This document shows, piece after piece, positions 22,057 to 31,978 of a stretch of 42,913 nucleotides of DNA. The notes under the pieces are model-generated. The model saw only the letters and a list, made by a program, of their open reading frames with translations, ran no database searches and was not told the DNA's origin. Position numbers and translations under genes: made by a program. Every line of letters starts with the position of its first letter. Position 1 is the stretch's first letter. Source of the stretch: Vulcanimicrobiaceae bacterium (GTDB lineage: Bacteria; Vulcanimicrobiota; Vulcanimicrobiia; Vulcanimicrobiales; Vulcanimicrobiaceae); contig JBHEMM010000020.1 in the NCBI GenBank assembly GCA_046262595.1, forward strand, positions 501 to 43,413, written 5' to 3'.

Positions 22057-22985
22057 GATACGAGCTCTCCTAAAAGGCGATCCCAATCGGCAAGAAAGCG
22101 GCCAAGGCCATAGCGTTCGCGCGCAAAAGCACGCGCGTGCAGCCCCAGCTCGCGCGCTCGTTCCGGCTCTTCGAGCAATTCTGCGAGCGATCGAACCAGC
22201 GTGTCGACGTTCGTGGAAACGACTCCGGCACCGGCCGGAACGGCTTGTGGAACTTCTGTCGTTGCGAGTGCTACCACCGGCATTCCCAAGTGCATCGCCT
22301 CGATAAGCGAGAGCCCGAGCGACGTCCAGCGGATCGGGTGCAGATATACGCGCCGCCGCCCCATTTGCACGTGCAGTTCGGCCTGGCGCAAATTTTCGTA
22401 GCCGCCGCGGGCGCCCGCGCCCATGCCGAAGAGCTCGACGGGAACGCGCGCTTGAAACGCCTGCAGCAAATCGGTTCCCGTCACGCGTGCGCGCCGGTCC
22501 GGTTCGTTGATGACCACCGCCGCCGATGCGATCTCGCCGGTATAACGGTAGCCGGGATCAACCACACCATGCTCGATAACGGTGCGCGGACGGTCGCCGC
22601 AATCCCAAAAGAGATCGTTGAAATGCGTGACATGCGCGACGTGCACGCCGCGCAGCTCGGCCGCCGGATGGCGCATCGCGTTGATTTGCCCTTGCGGCGC
22701 ATTATGTTCGACGTAGACGGCGGGCACGTCCACGCCGGCTTTCAAACCGGTCCAGCGCTCGAGCAGTTCGTAGTCTTCGGGGCGCTGCAGCACGACGACG
22801 TCGAACGCCAGGTCCGCCAACTCTTGCGGCGTGCATTCGCGTACGCGATCCGGCCAGTCGAACGTTTGCGCGCGTCCGCGGCCGTCCGGACCCCGGCCGG
22901 GAACGACGGGAATGAAGTAGTCATGCGAACCCTGCACGAACGCGGTCATCCACGATCCGTGCACGTGCCAAGCTAACACGCGCAT
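22053..22985 (-). CDS. GT-B glycosyltransferase (GT4-like)
   Basis: ATG 22985 (TGATG overlap). WHVHGSW N-terminus; SLGLSLIEAMHLGMPVV. Confidence 0.8.
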   Translation of the reverse strand: MRVLAWHVHGSWMTAFVQGSHDYFIPVVPGRGPDGRGRAQTFDWPDRVRECTPQELADLAFDVVVLQRPEDYELLERWTGLKAGVDVPAVYVEHNAPQGQINAMRHPAAELRGVHVAHVTHFNDLFWDCGDRPRTVIEHGVVDPGYRYTGEIASAAVVINEPDRRARVTGTDLLQAFQARVPVELFGMGAGARGGYENLRQAELHVQMGRRRVYLHPIRWTSLGLSLIEAMHLGMPVVALATTEVPQAVPAGAGVVSTNVDTLVRSLAELLEEPERARELGLHARAFARERYGLGRFLADWDRLLGELVS

Positions 22986-24001
22986 CAGGCGGCGCGCGCC
23001 TCCTGCGGAACAAGCGCGTCGAGCGCGCGCATGACGTCGTCCACGCCGACGCCGTCCAGGCACGGCTGGCCCTCGATCGGGCAGCTGCGCGCACGGCAGC
23101 CTGCGCACGGCGCTTGCTGATCGCCCAGCACCGCGTACCGCACCATCCACGGCGAGAAGCGCACGAACGGGATCGTCGGCGGAAAAATCGCGACGACCGG
23201 CGTGCCGACCGCAGCCGCCAGGTGTGCTGCGGCCGTATTGCCGCAGATGACCGCCGCCGCGTTGCCCAACACCTCGGCAAATTCTGAAAACGTCGTGCTG
23301 CCACCCAGATCGCGCGCGCTGCTGCCGGCGACGAACTGCGTCAAGGCGCGTTCTTCACGCGAGCCCGTGACGACAACGCAGCGTCCGCGCGCCGCCAAGC
23401 TCTTGACGAGATCCGCGTTGCGGTTCGGATACCAGGCACGCGCAGCCACCGTCGCGCCGGGGTGCACAACGATGTACGGCTTGGGCGGCAACTCCGAGGC
23501 GCGTTCGCCGCTGCCGGTGATGCGCAGCCGCGCGTCGTCACCGGAATCCAGTTCGTAGCCCATCGCGTTCGCGAGCGAAAGCGCGCGGCGTACTTCATGG
23601 ATATCGTCCTCAACGGTGTGGCGAACATCGAGGAGCGAGCCGGGATAGTCCGTGCTGATGGCGCCGATGCGTGGGACGCCCGCCATTCGCAGCAACAGTG
23701 CAAGCGGCAGCGGGCTTTGATGGAACGATGTGAAAATAACCGCCTCGTCGAACGCGCCGCCGCGCACGCCGGCGATAAACGCCGCCGTGTCGTTTGCTTC
23801 CACGCGTTTGGGATGCGCGTCGATCCATTCGGCCTGACGCACGATCACCCGGTCGACGCCGGGCAACAAGCGCGCCGCCGCCTCGCCCGCCGGACTGCAT
23901 AACAGCGTTACGCCGGCACGGCGCGCAATCGCGCGCAGCGCCGGACCGCACAGAAGCACGTCGCCGTTGTTGTCCTGGCGCGCTGCGAGGACGCGTTTCA
24001 T
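22985..24001 (-). CDS. Glycosyltransferase family 9
   Basis: ATG 24001 (ATGA overlap). RQDNNGDVLL, VVHPGA, GNTAAAHLAAAVGTP, CxxC...C C-terminus. Confidence 0.85.
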   Translation of the reverse strand: MKRVLAARQDNNGDVLLCGPALRAIARRAGVTLLCSPAGEAAARLLPGVDRVIVRQAEWIDAHPKRVEANDTAAFIAGVRGGAFDEAVIFTSFHQSPLPLALLLRMAGVPRIGAISTDYPGSLLDVRHTVEDDIHEVRRALSLANAMGYELDSGDDARLRITGSGERASELPPKPYIVVHPGATVAARAWYPNRNADLVKSLAARGRCVVVTGSREERALTQFVAGSSARDLGGSTTFSEFAEVLGNAAAVICGNTAAAHLAAAVGTPVVAIFPPTIPFVRFSPWMVRYAVLGDQQAPCAGCRARSCPIEGQPCLDGVGVDDVMRALDALVPQEARAA

Positions 24002-24510
24002 CGCGGCTGCCTGCCCAATGCGGCCACGACGGCTTCGAACGCATCGTTGCACACGACCGGCGCGCACGCGATCTCCTTCGCCAGCGTAACGCTCGTAGGC
24101 ACCATGACGGCGAACGCGCCGGCAGCGCGCGCGGCTTCCACATCGCTGCCGATGTCGCCGATCACGGCGATTTCATGCGGCCCGACGCCGAAGGCTTGCG
24201 CGGCCTGCATGATCAGGCCCGGCTGCGGCTTACGGCACGCGCAGTGTGCGGCAGCGGCATGCGCGCAGACGAACCACCCGTCGAATTGACCGAATTGCTG
24301 CTCGATCAGCGCGTGCGTGCGCTGCATGCGTTGCGCCGCACCCAGGTCACCGGCGAGCTGCGGCTGATTCGTGACGACACCGACTTTCAGACCGCACTCG
24401 CGCACGAATTCCACGGCGGCAACTGCGCCGCGCATCGCCTTCACCGTTTCTGAAGCCGGATCGTCGGCGATCAGCGTTCCGTCACGATCGAACAGCACGG
24501 CGCGAATCAT
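23998..24510 (-). CDS. HAD-IIIA phosphatase, GmhB (heptose-1,7-bisphosphate phosphatase)-like
   Basis: ATG 24510. FDRDGTL, VTNQ, CAH....CACRKPQPG, IGDIGSD. Confidence 0.85.
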   Translation of the reverse strand: MIRAVLFDRDGTLIADDPASETVKAMRGAVAAVEFVRECGLKVGVVTNQPQLAGDLGAAQRMQRTHALIEQQFGQFDGWFVCAHAAAAHCACRKPQPGLIMQAAQAFGVGPHEIAVIGDIGSDVEAARAAGAFAVMVPTSVTLAKEIACAPVVCNDAFEAVVAALGRQPR

Positions 24511-25430
24511 TGGGCGCCCCGCTGTGCGAACGCGAAAGCCGCGCCTGCCCGCGCCCGGTGGTAGACCGCCGCAAACGGAATGACGGCGCTGGTCGCAACC
24601 ATCGCGGCGATCTCGCGAGCCGTTCGCGGGCCCGGCGCGATGCGGCGCAGCGCGAACTCGGCCGTAAGCGCCGCCCAGCCGGCGGCACACAAAACGGTAG
24701 CAAGATGCAGCGGCCACCGTCCGGTGCCCGCGCCGATCGCTTTGCGCCATGACCGCCCATGCAGCATGCGCATCAGCACGTCGTCCGCATTGCCGGCTTG
24801 CAGCCGTACGCTGATCCACGCATCGGCCGGACGCACGGGATGCACGGCGCGTCGCGAGCCGCGCACGATCGCAAAGCCGGCTTTTACGGCGCGAAGGGCA
24901 AAATCGGAATCTTCGCGGTACGCGCGCTTGAACCGTTCGTCGAAACCGTCGAGCTGTTCCAGGACGTCGCGCCGGTAGATCATATCGGCGGTGATCCACT
25001 GCGCGCGAGAAAGACCCGCGACGTTGCGCTCCCAATCGCTCGGCGCGCGGTTCGGCGGAAGCGGCACGTCGAGCTGCGCCTGAGAACCGGCAACCGTACC
25101 GGCAAGCGCACGCGCGTCGGCAGCTGCTCTTTGAAGCCAGTCTTCGCCGACGCGGACGTCATCGTCGAGAAAGGCGATGTGCGGGGCGTCCGATGCGCGC
25201 CAGCCGGCGTTTCGCGCCGAAGCAGGGCCCGCTGCCTTTCCCGCGACGACGGACACGCGCGCACGAAGGCGCGGGGCGACGCGCGTGAGCGAGAGCGGCT
25301 CGCGCCGGTCGCGGCGATCGTCCACGACGATGACGCGGCCGGGAAGCTCGCCGGACGATCGCGCAATCGAGTCGAGCAAATCGTACAGCGAGGCGCGGCC
25401 GATCGTTGGAACGACGATGTCAAACGGCAT
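24507..25430 (-). CDS. Glycosyltransferase family 2
   Basis: ATG 25430. IVVPTIGR, GPASARNAG, FLDDD, GFDERF..YREDSD. Confidence 0.85.
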   Translation of the reverse strand: MPFDIVVPTIGRASLYDLLDSIARSSGELPGRVIVVDDRRDRREPLSLTRVAPRLRARVSVVAGKAAGPASARNAGWRASDAPHIAFLDDDVRVGEDWLQRAAADARALAGTVAGSQAQLDVPLPPNRAPSDWERNVAGLSRAQWITADMIYRRDVLEQLDGFDERFKRAYREDSDFALRAVKAGFAIVRGSRRAVHPVRPADAWISVRLQAGNADDVLMRMLHGRSWRKAIGAGTGRWPLHLATVLCAAGWAALTAEFALRRIAPGPRTAREIAAMVATSAVIPFAAVYHRARAGAAFAFAQRGAQ

Positions 25431-27066
25431 GCGCGAGCACTCCGGCGCGGCGCAGAAGATAGGGGCCGATCGCAAGCGCATCGAGCGGCGTCGATCCGAA
25501 GCACTCGAGCGCGTCGCGCGGTTCGTCGACCATCGGACGGCCCGCGGTGTTGAAACTCGTATTGATGACGACCGGAATGCCGGTGAGCCGTTCGAACTCA
25601 CGCAGCATGCGGGCGACCAGCGGCTCCTCGCGTTCGTCCACTGTCTGCACGCGCGCCGTTCCGTCGACATGCACGGCCGCGGCGATCGCCTCTCGCCACT
25701 GCGGCTTCACGCGATGCGTGAAAAGCATGTACGGGCTAGGAAGTTGACCCTCGAAGATCTCCGGCGCGCGATCCGCGAGAACCATCGGCGCGACGGGCCG
25801 GAATTGCTCGCGCCCTTTGATATTGTTCAGGCGTTCGAGGTTCTGCGCAAATTTCGGATTCGCGAACAGGCTGCGGTGACCCAAAGCCCGCGGCCCAAAT
25901 TCGCTGCGGCCTTGAAACCACCCGACGACGCCGTCTTGCGCTAGAATACGCGCAACCTCGAGCGCGATATCGTCGGGCGTTTCGTGCTGCACGTTCGCGA
26001 CGTTAAGCCGTCTGCCGAGCTCCGCATCGTCCCATTCACGCCCCAGCGCCGCGGTCGTCATCGGTACGACACGCTCTCCGTGTTTGTGAGCGGCGAACAT
26101 CGCTGCGCCGAGCGCCGTTCCCGCATCGCCGGCAGCCGGTTGAACCCAAATGCGCTCGAACGGGCCTTCGCGCGCCAAACGCGCATTCGCAACGCAATTC
26201 AACGCCACGCCGCCCGCCATCGTCAAAACGCGATCGCCGGTGCGCTGCGCCAGCCACTGCGCAAGTTCGAGCAGCACTTCTTCCAAACGCGTTTGCACGC
26301 TCGCCGCTAAATCGGCGTGTGCGCCGGAAAACGGGCCGTCGGCCGCGCGCGCAGGCGCAAACTCGCAGAAGTCGAGCGGATCGACCGCAAAACCGCCTCC
26401 GGGAAGCACGCGCACTGCCGAGCGAAGCGCGTCCAAAAACTTCGGTTTCCCGTAACCCGCCAAGCCCATGACCTTGTACTCGTCGGAGGAGCGGTGGAAA
26501 CCAAGGTGCACCGTGAGCTCTTCATAGAGCAGGCCCAGCGAATGCGGCAACTCTTGCGAGGCGAGGATGTTCAGGCGGCCGTCGCGCACTTTGCCGGCAA
26601 CGTACGACCCGCGCTCCCCGCGGCCGTCGGCAACGATGACCGCACAATCTCCGAGCGGAGCGGCTAAGTAGGCCGAAGCGGCGTGCGCGATGTGGTGAGG
26701 AACGAATTCAAAGGCCGCGCGTTCGATGCCCGGCAGCGCCGCGCGCAAAAAATGCGGCGCGCGCTTAGCGTAAAGCGTACGCAGCGCTTCCCAGTCGTTT
26801 TCCATGACATCGTCCGACACGCTTGTCGCGAGTGACGGATCGTACGAGTACGCGATGACATCGACGTCTTGCGGTTTTAATCCGGCGTATTGCAAGCACC
26901 ACGCGGCCGCTTGCACGGGGAGCTCCCATGCGGTGAACGGCATGCAGTTCTTCGCGTGCTTGCGGCGGTTGAAGCGCTCTTCCTCGCTTGCGGCTACAAT
27001 GCGGCCGCCGACGCTCAGCGCCGCCGACGAATCATGGAACACTGCATTTATGCCAAGAATATTCAT
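25420..27066 (-). CDS. O-carbamoyltransferase (NodU/CmcH/TobZ family)
   Basis: HDSSAAL, EEERFNRRKH, HHIAHAASA, EYKVMGLA, GGVALNC, EFGPRALG, KGREQFRP, INTSFN. Confidence 0.95.
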   Translation of the reverse strand: MNILGINAVFHDSSAALSVGGRIVAASEEERFNRRKHAKNCMPFTAWELPVQAAAWCLQYAGLKPQDVDVIAYSYDPSLATSVSDDVMENDWEALRTLYAKRAPHFLRAALPGIERAAFEFVPHHIAHAASAYLAAPLGDCAVIVADGRGERGSYVAGKVRDGRLNILASQELPHSLGLLYEELTVHLGFHRSSDEYKVMGLAGYGKPKFLDALRSAVRVLPGGGFAVDPLDFCEFAPARAADGPFSGAHADLAASVQTRLEEVLLELAQWLAQRTGDRVLTMAGGVALNCVANARLAREGPFERIWVQPAAGDAGTALGAAMFAAHKHGERVVPMTTAALGREWDDAELGRRLNVANVQHETPDDIALEVARILAQDGVVGWFQGRSEFGPRALGHRSLFANPKFAQNLERLNNIKGREQFRPVAPMVLADRAPEIFEGQLPSPYMLFTHRVKPQWREAIAAAVHVDGTARVQTVDEREEPLVARMLREFERLTGIPVVINTSFNTAGRPMVDEPRDALECFGSTPLDALAIGPYLLRRAGVLAHAV

Positions 27067-27198
27067 TCGCGCCCGCTGCCGTTGAAGTGCATGAACGCCG
27101 GAGCGTCCGCCCTTATTGCTTCGTACGAGGAGTGTTTCCGGTGAGTGGAAACTTAAACGCTCAGGTTAAAAGGGGGCACTTCATGGAATGAACCCTCC

Positions 27199-28518
27199 AT
27201 GATGTACGGCATTGCAGTATTCGGCTGCGGATACGTCGGGTTGGTGACGGCTGCATGTCTTTCCAACTTAGGTCATCATGTCGTTTGTTTCGATACCGAA
27301 CAGATGCGCGTGCGCGACTTGCAGCTTGGCCGCCTGCCGTTCTACGAACCGGACTTAGAACCGCTGATCGCGCAAGGGCGTGAACGCGGGCTTCTGCATT
27401 TTGCAGCGTCCGCCGGCGAAGCGCTCGCCGATGCGGATGTTGCATTCATCGCCGTCGGAACGCCCACCGGACCGACCGGCGAAGCTGATTTAACGTACGT
27501 CCGCCAATGCGTGCTCGATATTTCGGCGCACGCAGCGCGCCCGCTTATCCTCGTGAATAAATCGACGGTTCCCGTTGAAACCGCGGACTACGTTCAACGG
27601 CTCATCGAACGGCATGCGCCCGATCGAACGCGGTTTACGGTTGCCTCGAACCCGGAGTTTTTGCGCGAAGGAAGCGCAGTGCACGACTTCATGCACCCCG
27701 ATCGCATCGTGATCGGATGCGCCGACACGCGCGCGGCAAAAACGCTTGAAGCGATCTACGCGCCGCTTGCTGCGCCAACGTTCATCGTCGACGTCCATAC
27801 GGCCGAGATGATCAAGTACGCCGCAAATGCGTTCTTGGCGACGAAAATCTCGTTCATCAACGAGATTGCCAACCTGTGCGCGGCGGTCGACGCCGATGTC
27901 GACGGCGTGATCGCGGGCATTGCCGCCGACGCGCGCATCGGCCGCTCGTATCTTGACCCCGGATTAGGTTTCGGAGGCTCCTGCTTGCCCAAAGACGTGG
28001 CGGCGCTCGCAAGCGTCGCGCGTAAACACGCGATAGAACCCACGATGCTCGACGCGACGCTGGCGGTAAACCGGCGTCAGGTCGCACACGCCGTGCGCTT
28101 GATTGAAGACGCGCTCGGAGATCTGTTCGACCGCCGGATAGCCGTTGCCGGCGTTGCGTTCAAGGCGGGCACGGACGACATCCGCGAATCGCCCGCGCTG
28201 GTTCTCGTGGAAGCGCTGCTGACGCGCGGAGCCCGTGTGACGATCTACGATGCGCACGCGCTTGCCCGCGCCCGCGTTGTTTTCGAAGACCGCGTCCGGT
28301 ATGCGGAATCGATCTACGAAGCTGCCGCCGGCGCCGATGCGCTTGCAATCGCGAACGACGACCCGTCGTGCACGCACGCATCGTGGCCGCGCGTTGCCGC
28401 GGCGCTCGCACAACCCTTTCTCATCGACCTGCGCAACAAGACGGACCGGCAGGAGCTGCAGAACGCCGGTTTGCGATACACCGGCGTCGGCCGGGCAGCG
28501 CTGCCGGTGGCGTCGTGA
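27199..28518 (+). CDS. ugd: UDP-glucose 6-dehydrogenase
   Basis: GCGYVG, IAVGTP, NKSTVP, SNPEFLREG, KYAANAFLATKISFINE, GFGGSCLPKD. Confidence 0.92.
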   Translation: MMYGIAVFGCGYVGLVTAACLSNLGHHVVCFDTEQMRVRDLQLGRLPFYEPDLEPLIAQGRERGLLHFAASAGEALADADVAFIAVGTPTGPTGEADLTYVRQCVLDISAHAARPLILVNKSTVPVETADYVQRLIERHAPDRTRFTVASNPEFLREGSAVHDFMHPDRIVIGCADTRAAKTLEAIYAPLAAPTFIVDVHTAEMIKYAANAFLATKISFINEIANLCAAVDADVDGVIAGIAADARIGRSYLDPGLGFGGSCLPKDVAALASVARKHAIEPTMLDATLAVNRRQVAHAVRLIEDALGDLFDRRIAVAGVAFKAGTDDIRESPALVLVEALLTRGARVTIYDAHALARARVVFEDRVRYAESIYEAAAGADALAIANDDPSCTHASWPRVAAALAQPFLIDLRNKTDRQELQNAGLRYTGVGRAALPVAS

Positions 28519-29480
28519 ACGTGCTCATTACCGGCGCCGCCGGTTTCCTGGGCTCGCATCTTGCGCAAGCGTACCTGCGTGAAGGCAGCTTCGTAACGGG
28601 AGTCGACAACTTCGCGACGTCGAGCGATCGCAACTTGGCAGTGCTCAGCACCGGCGACGGCTTTACGTTCGTGCGAGCGGACGTTTCGCGCGAGCTGCCC
28701 GTTCCGGCGGCCAAGCCGGACCTAATTCTGCATTTCGCCTCCCCGGCGAGCCCGGTCGATTATGCGCGTGACCCGCTCGGGACGCTGGCCGTCAACGGTG
28801 CCGGAACCATGAACTGCTGCGAACTCGCGCGGCAAACGGGTGCGCGGCTGGTGTTCGCTTCTACCTCGGAAGTATACGGCGACCCGCTCGTTCACCCGCA
28901 GCCGGAGGACTACTGGGGCAACGTCAACTCGTTCGGCGCGCGCAGTTGCTACGACGAGGGAAAGCGCTACGGCGAGGCGGCAATCGCTTCGTACCGCTCG
29001 CTATACGGCATCGACGCGCGCATCGTGCGCATCTTCAACACGTACGGACCGCGCATGCGTGCGCGCGACGGCCGCGTCGTTCCGGCATTTATTTCCCAAG
29101 CGCTCGCGGGCGAGGCGCTCACGGTGTTCGGTGAAGGCCGCCAGACGCGCTCGCTGTGCTACGTCGACGATCTTCTTGAAGGCGTCCGGCGGTTCGCTGC
29201 GCTCGAGCAGCCGCGCTTTCCGCTGCTGAACTTGGGGTCCGACCGTGAAGTGAGCGTCAACGAGATCGCACGCATCATCGCCGGCCTTTGCGGCGTGCCG
29301 CTGCGCGTCACGCACGCACCGCTCCCTGCGGACGATCCGTCGCGCCGCCGCCCCGACCTGCATCGCGCGCGCGCCATGCTGGGCTGGGAGCCGGCGACAT
29401 CACTTGAAGACGGGCTGCGCGCAACGATCGCGTGGTTCGCGCAACAACGCTCTTCGGGAAAGGAAGCATTGGCATTATGA
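28515..29480 (+). CDS. UDP-glucuronate decarboxylase (UDP-xylose synthase)-like NAD-dependent epimerase/dehydratase
   Basis: GTG 28515. TGAAGFLGSH, HFASPASP, STSEVYGDP, YWGNVN, CYDEGKR, RIFNTYGPRM. Confidence 0.88.
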   Translation: MNVLITGAAGFLGSHLAQAYLREGSFVTGVDNFATSSDRNLAVLSTGDGFTFVRADVSRELPVPAAKPDLILHFASPASPVDYARDPLGTLAVNGAGTMNCCELARQTGARLVFASTSEVYGDPLVHPQPEDYWGNVNSFGARSCYDEGKRYGEAAIASYRSLYGIDARIVRIFNTYGPRMRARDGRVVPAFISQALAGEALTVFGEGRQTRSLCYVDDLLEGVRRFAALEQPRFPLLNLGSDREVSVNEIARIIAGLCGVPLRVTHAPLPADDPSRRRPDLHRARAMLGWEPATSLEDGLRATIAWFAQQRSSGKEALAL

Positions 29481-30205
29481 CGAGCACGATCGGTTCGGTC
29501 GGCACGGCGCAGACAGGTGCGGCGCTGACCGGCGCATTCATCGTAACTGGCGCATCTTCGGGGCTCGGGCTTGCGATCGCGCAGGCGATCGGCGCGGCGG
29601 GCGGCGATCCCATCGGTTTCGATGTGCATCCGGCGGCGGCGGACTTCGAACACGAAACGGTGGATGTCTCCGACGCCCGCGCCGTTACCGAAGGCGTGCA
29701 GCGCGTCATCGCGCGCCACGCCGGCATTGCGGGCGTGGTCGCAAATGCGGGAATCGACGCATGCGGAAAGTTTTCGGATGTTTCCGCGGATGCGTGGGAG
29801 CGGGTTATCCGCGTGAATCTGCTGGGCACAGCCGCGGTCGTGCGCGCCGCGCTGCCCTCGCTTGTCGAGAATCACGGACGCATCGTCACGGTTGCCTCAA
29901 CGCTCGGTCTGCGCGCCGTCAGCGATGCGACCGCATATTGCGCGAGCAAGTTCGGCGTCGTCGGGTTTACCCGCGCGCTTTCAACCGAACTCGCCGGACA
30001 AGTGCCCGTAACGCTGCTGATACCGGGCGGGATGCATACGCATTTCTTCGACGGGCGCGACGAACAGTATAAGCCGGCGGCGGACGCACAGCTCAACCGC
30101 CCGCAGGACGTCGCGCGCGCCGTTGTGTTCGCGCTCTCGCAGCCGCGCGGATGCGAGATACGGGAAATGCTCATCTGCCCGTCGAGCGAGACTTCGTGGC
30201 CCTAA
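29477..30205 (+). CDS. Short-chain dehydrogenase/reductase
   Basis: ATG 29477 (ATGA overlap). TGASSGLG, NAG, YCASKFG. Confidence 0.85.
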   Translation: MTSTIGSVGTAQTGAALTGAFIVTGASSGLGLAIAQAIGAAGGDPIGFDVHPAAADFEHETVDVSDARAVTEGVQRVIARHAGIAGVVANAGIDACGKFSDVSADAWERVIRVNLLGTAAVVRAALPSLVENHGRIVTVASTLGLRAVSDATAYCASKFGVVGFTRALSTELAGQVPVTLLIPGGMHTHFFDGRDEQYKPAADAQLNRPQDVARAVVFALSQPRGCEIREMLICPSSETSWP

Positions 30206-30558
30206 CGTTTCTCGAAGCGCTGACCGAACATTTGGACGCGGTGCGCGAACGCGACATCGACCGCTTCGCACAGACCCTCGCCGGTCAAGGCGTGCAATTC
30301 ATCGGCGGTGACGGCACACTGCTCGAGGGAAAAGAAAACGTCGTCGCGGCGCACCGGGAATGGTTTATGAACGAGCACTGGACGTTCGATCCGGAGATTG
30401 TCTCGACGCGTGAGGAGGCCGGAGCGTCATTCGCTCTCCTGCGCGTGACGTACACCGAACAAGGTCAGCGCAAGGAGTTCTGGCTGTCGTTCGGTTTCGT
30501 GGAGGAGGACGGCGCATGGAAAGTGCTTTGCGATCAGAACACGCCGATTCCGGCATAA
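30196..30558 (+). CDS. NTF2/SnoaL-like (YybH-type) protein
   Basis: About 120 aa with an N-terminal helix, DG...G.E.V...HREWF and a C-terminal DGAWKV..DQNT. Start uncertain. Confidence 0.65.
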   Translation: MALTFLEALTEHLDAVRERDIDRFAQTLAGQGVQFIGGDGTLLEGKENVVAAHREWFMNEHWTFDPEIVSTREEAGASFALLRVTYTEQGQRKEFWLSFGFVEEDGAWKVLCDQNTPIPA

Positions 30559-31313
30559 TTCAGGATGACCGGCGCGTGGTCGGAAAAGCGCGTCTCGCGA
30601 TAAATCGAGGCGGCGCGAACAGCCGGCGCGAGATCCGGCGTGACGAGCTGATAGTCGATGCGCCATCCGTTATTGCGTTCGAAGGCCGCTTGAAAGTTTG
30701 ACCACCAGCTGAATTGCCCCGGCTGCGGGTTGACGGCGCGGAACGCATCGACCCAGCCTAAGCCGGTAAGCACCTTTTCCATCCAAGCGCGTTCGTGCGG
30801 GAAAAAGCCGGAGATACCGCTGCATCGCGCCGGGTTATAGACGTCGATCTCCCGGTGCGCGATGTTGAAATCGCCCGCGACGATGAACGATCGGCCGCTC
30901 CCGCGCAGCGCCTGCAGATGCGCGTAAAAGCGTTCGAGAAAGGCCTCTTTGACGATTTGACGCGGCGGTCCCATCGAACCGGACGGAACGTATAACGAAA
31001 CGATGCTCACGTTGCCGTAGTCGAACTGCAGATAACGGGCCTCGCGATCGTATTCGGGCCAGCCCAACCCGCGAAGGACGCGGTCCGGTTCGCGTTTTGC
31101 ATAAATGGCAACGCCGCTGTAGCCCTTCTTTTCCGCGTCGAGGAAGACGCCCGTGTATGCCGAGACGGCCGCAGCTTCGAGCGGAAGCTGATGTTCTTGC
31201 GCCTTCGTTTCCTGCAGGCACACGACGTCCGCATCCAGCGATTGCATCCACGCGTAAAAGCCCTTGCGCGCCGCGGAACGAATGCCGTTACAATTAAGCG
31301 TGACGACTCTCAA
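30534..31313 (-). CDS. xth: Exodeoxyribonuclease III / AP endonuclease
   Basis: NCNGIRS, CLQETK, GYSGVA, GDFNIAH, GWRIDY, SDHAPV. Confidence 0.93.
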   Translation of the reverse strand: MRVVTLNCNGIRSAARKGFYAWMQSLDADVVCLQETKAQEHQLPLEAAAVSAYTGVFLDAEKKGYSGVAIYAKREPDRVLRGLGWPEYDREARYLQFDYGNVSIVSLYVPSGSMGPPRQIVKEAFLERFYAHLQALRGSGRSFIVAGDFNIAHREIDVYNPARCSGISGFFPHERAWMEKVLTGLGWVDAFRAVNPQPGQFSWWSNFQAAFERNNGWRIDYQLVTPDLAPAVRAASIYRETRFSDHAPVILNYAGIGVF

Positions 31314-31978
31314 TCCGTCTTCCTCTTGCGCACGATCGTCAATCCGTCACCGATCGAAAGCAGGGCCGCGTCAACGCGTTCGTCGCAGCCGATCTTCTCG
31401 TTGAGCGCCCGGAGCGCGCTCGTATCGGCGTCGGTGGCGCTCTTATCGGCAACATCGCCGCCCCATAAGACGTTGTCGATCGCGACGATCCCGTTCGGCC
31501 GCAGCAGATTCAGGCAGCGCTCGTAATACGCATCGTATCCGCTTTTGTCCGCATCGATGTACGCAAAATCGTACCGGCCGCCCTGCCCGGAGTGAAGCAG
31601 CTCGTCGAGCGTTTGCAATGCGGGCGCCAGGTACAGGTCGATCTTCTGCTGGACTCCGGCGCGCTGCCAGAATGGGCGCCCGACTGCGGTAAACTCGGCG
31701 CTCACATCGCACGCCACAATTTTTCCCTCAGCGGGAAGCGCCAGGGCCACACCGAGCGCGCTGTACCCCGTAAACACGCCGACTTCAATGCACCTCTTCG
31801 CTCCGATGAGGCGCACGAGCAGCTGTAAAAACTGCACCTGATCCGCGCCGGTCTGCATGCGCGCTTGCCGGTGCTTTTGCGTGACCTCACGCAGCTCGCG
31901 CATGACCGGATCTTCGCGCAGCATCGTGCGCTCGATATACGCGTAAACGTTTTCGGGAAGAAATGACGAACGGTTCAC
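31310..31978 (-). CDS. SAM-dependent O-methyltransferase (caffeoyl-CoA OMT-like)
   Basis: GTG 31978. IEVGVFTGYS, FAYIDADK, DNVLWGG, GDGLT. Confidence 0.9.
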   Translation of the reverse strand: MNRSSFLPENVYAYIERTMLREDPVMRELREVTQKHRQARMQTGADQVQFLQLLVRLIGAKRCIEVGVFTGYSALGVALALPAEGKIVACDVSAEFTAVGRPFWQRAGVQQKIDLYLAPALQTLDELLHSGQGGRYDFAYIDADKSGYDAYYERCLNLLRPNGIVAIDNVLWGGDVADKSATDADTSALRALNEKIGCDERVDAALLSIGDGLTIVRKRKTD

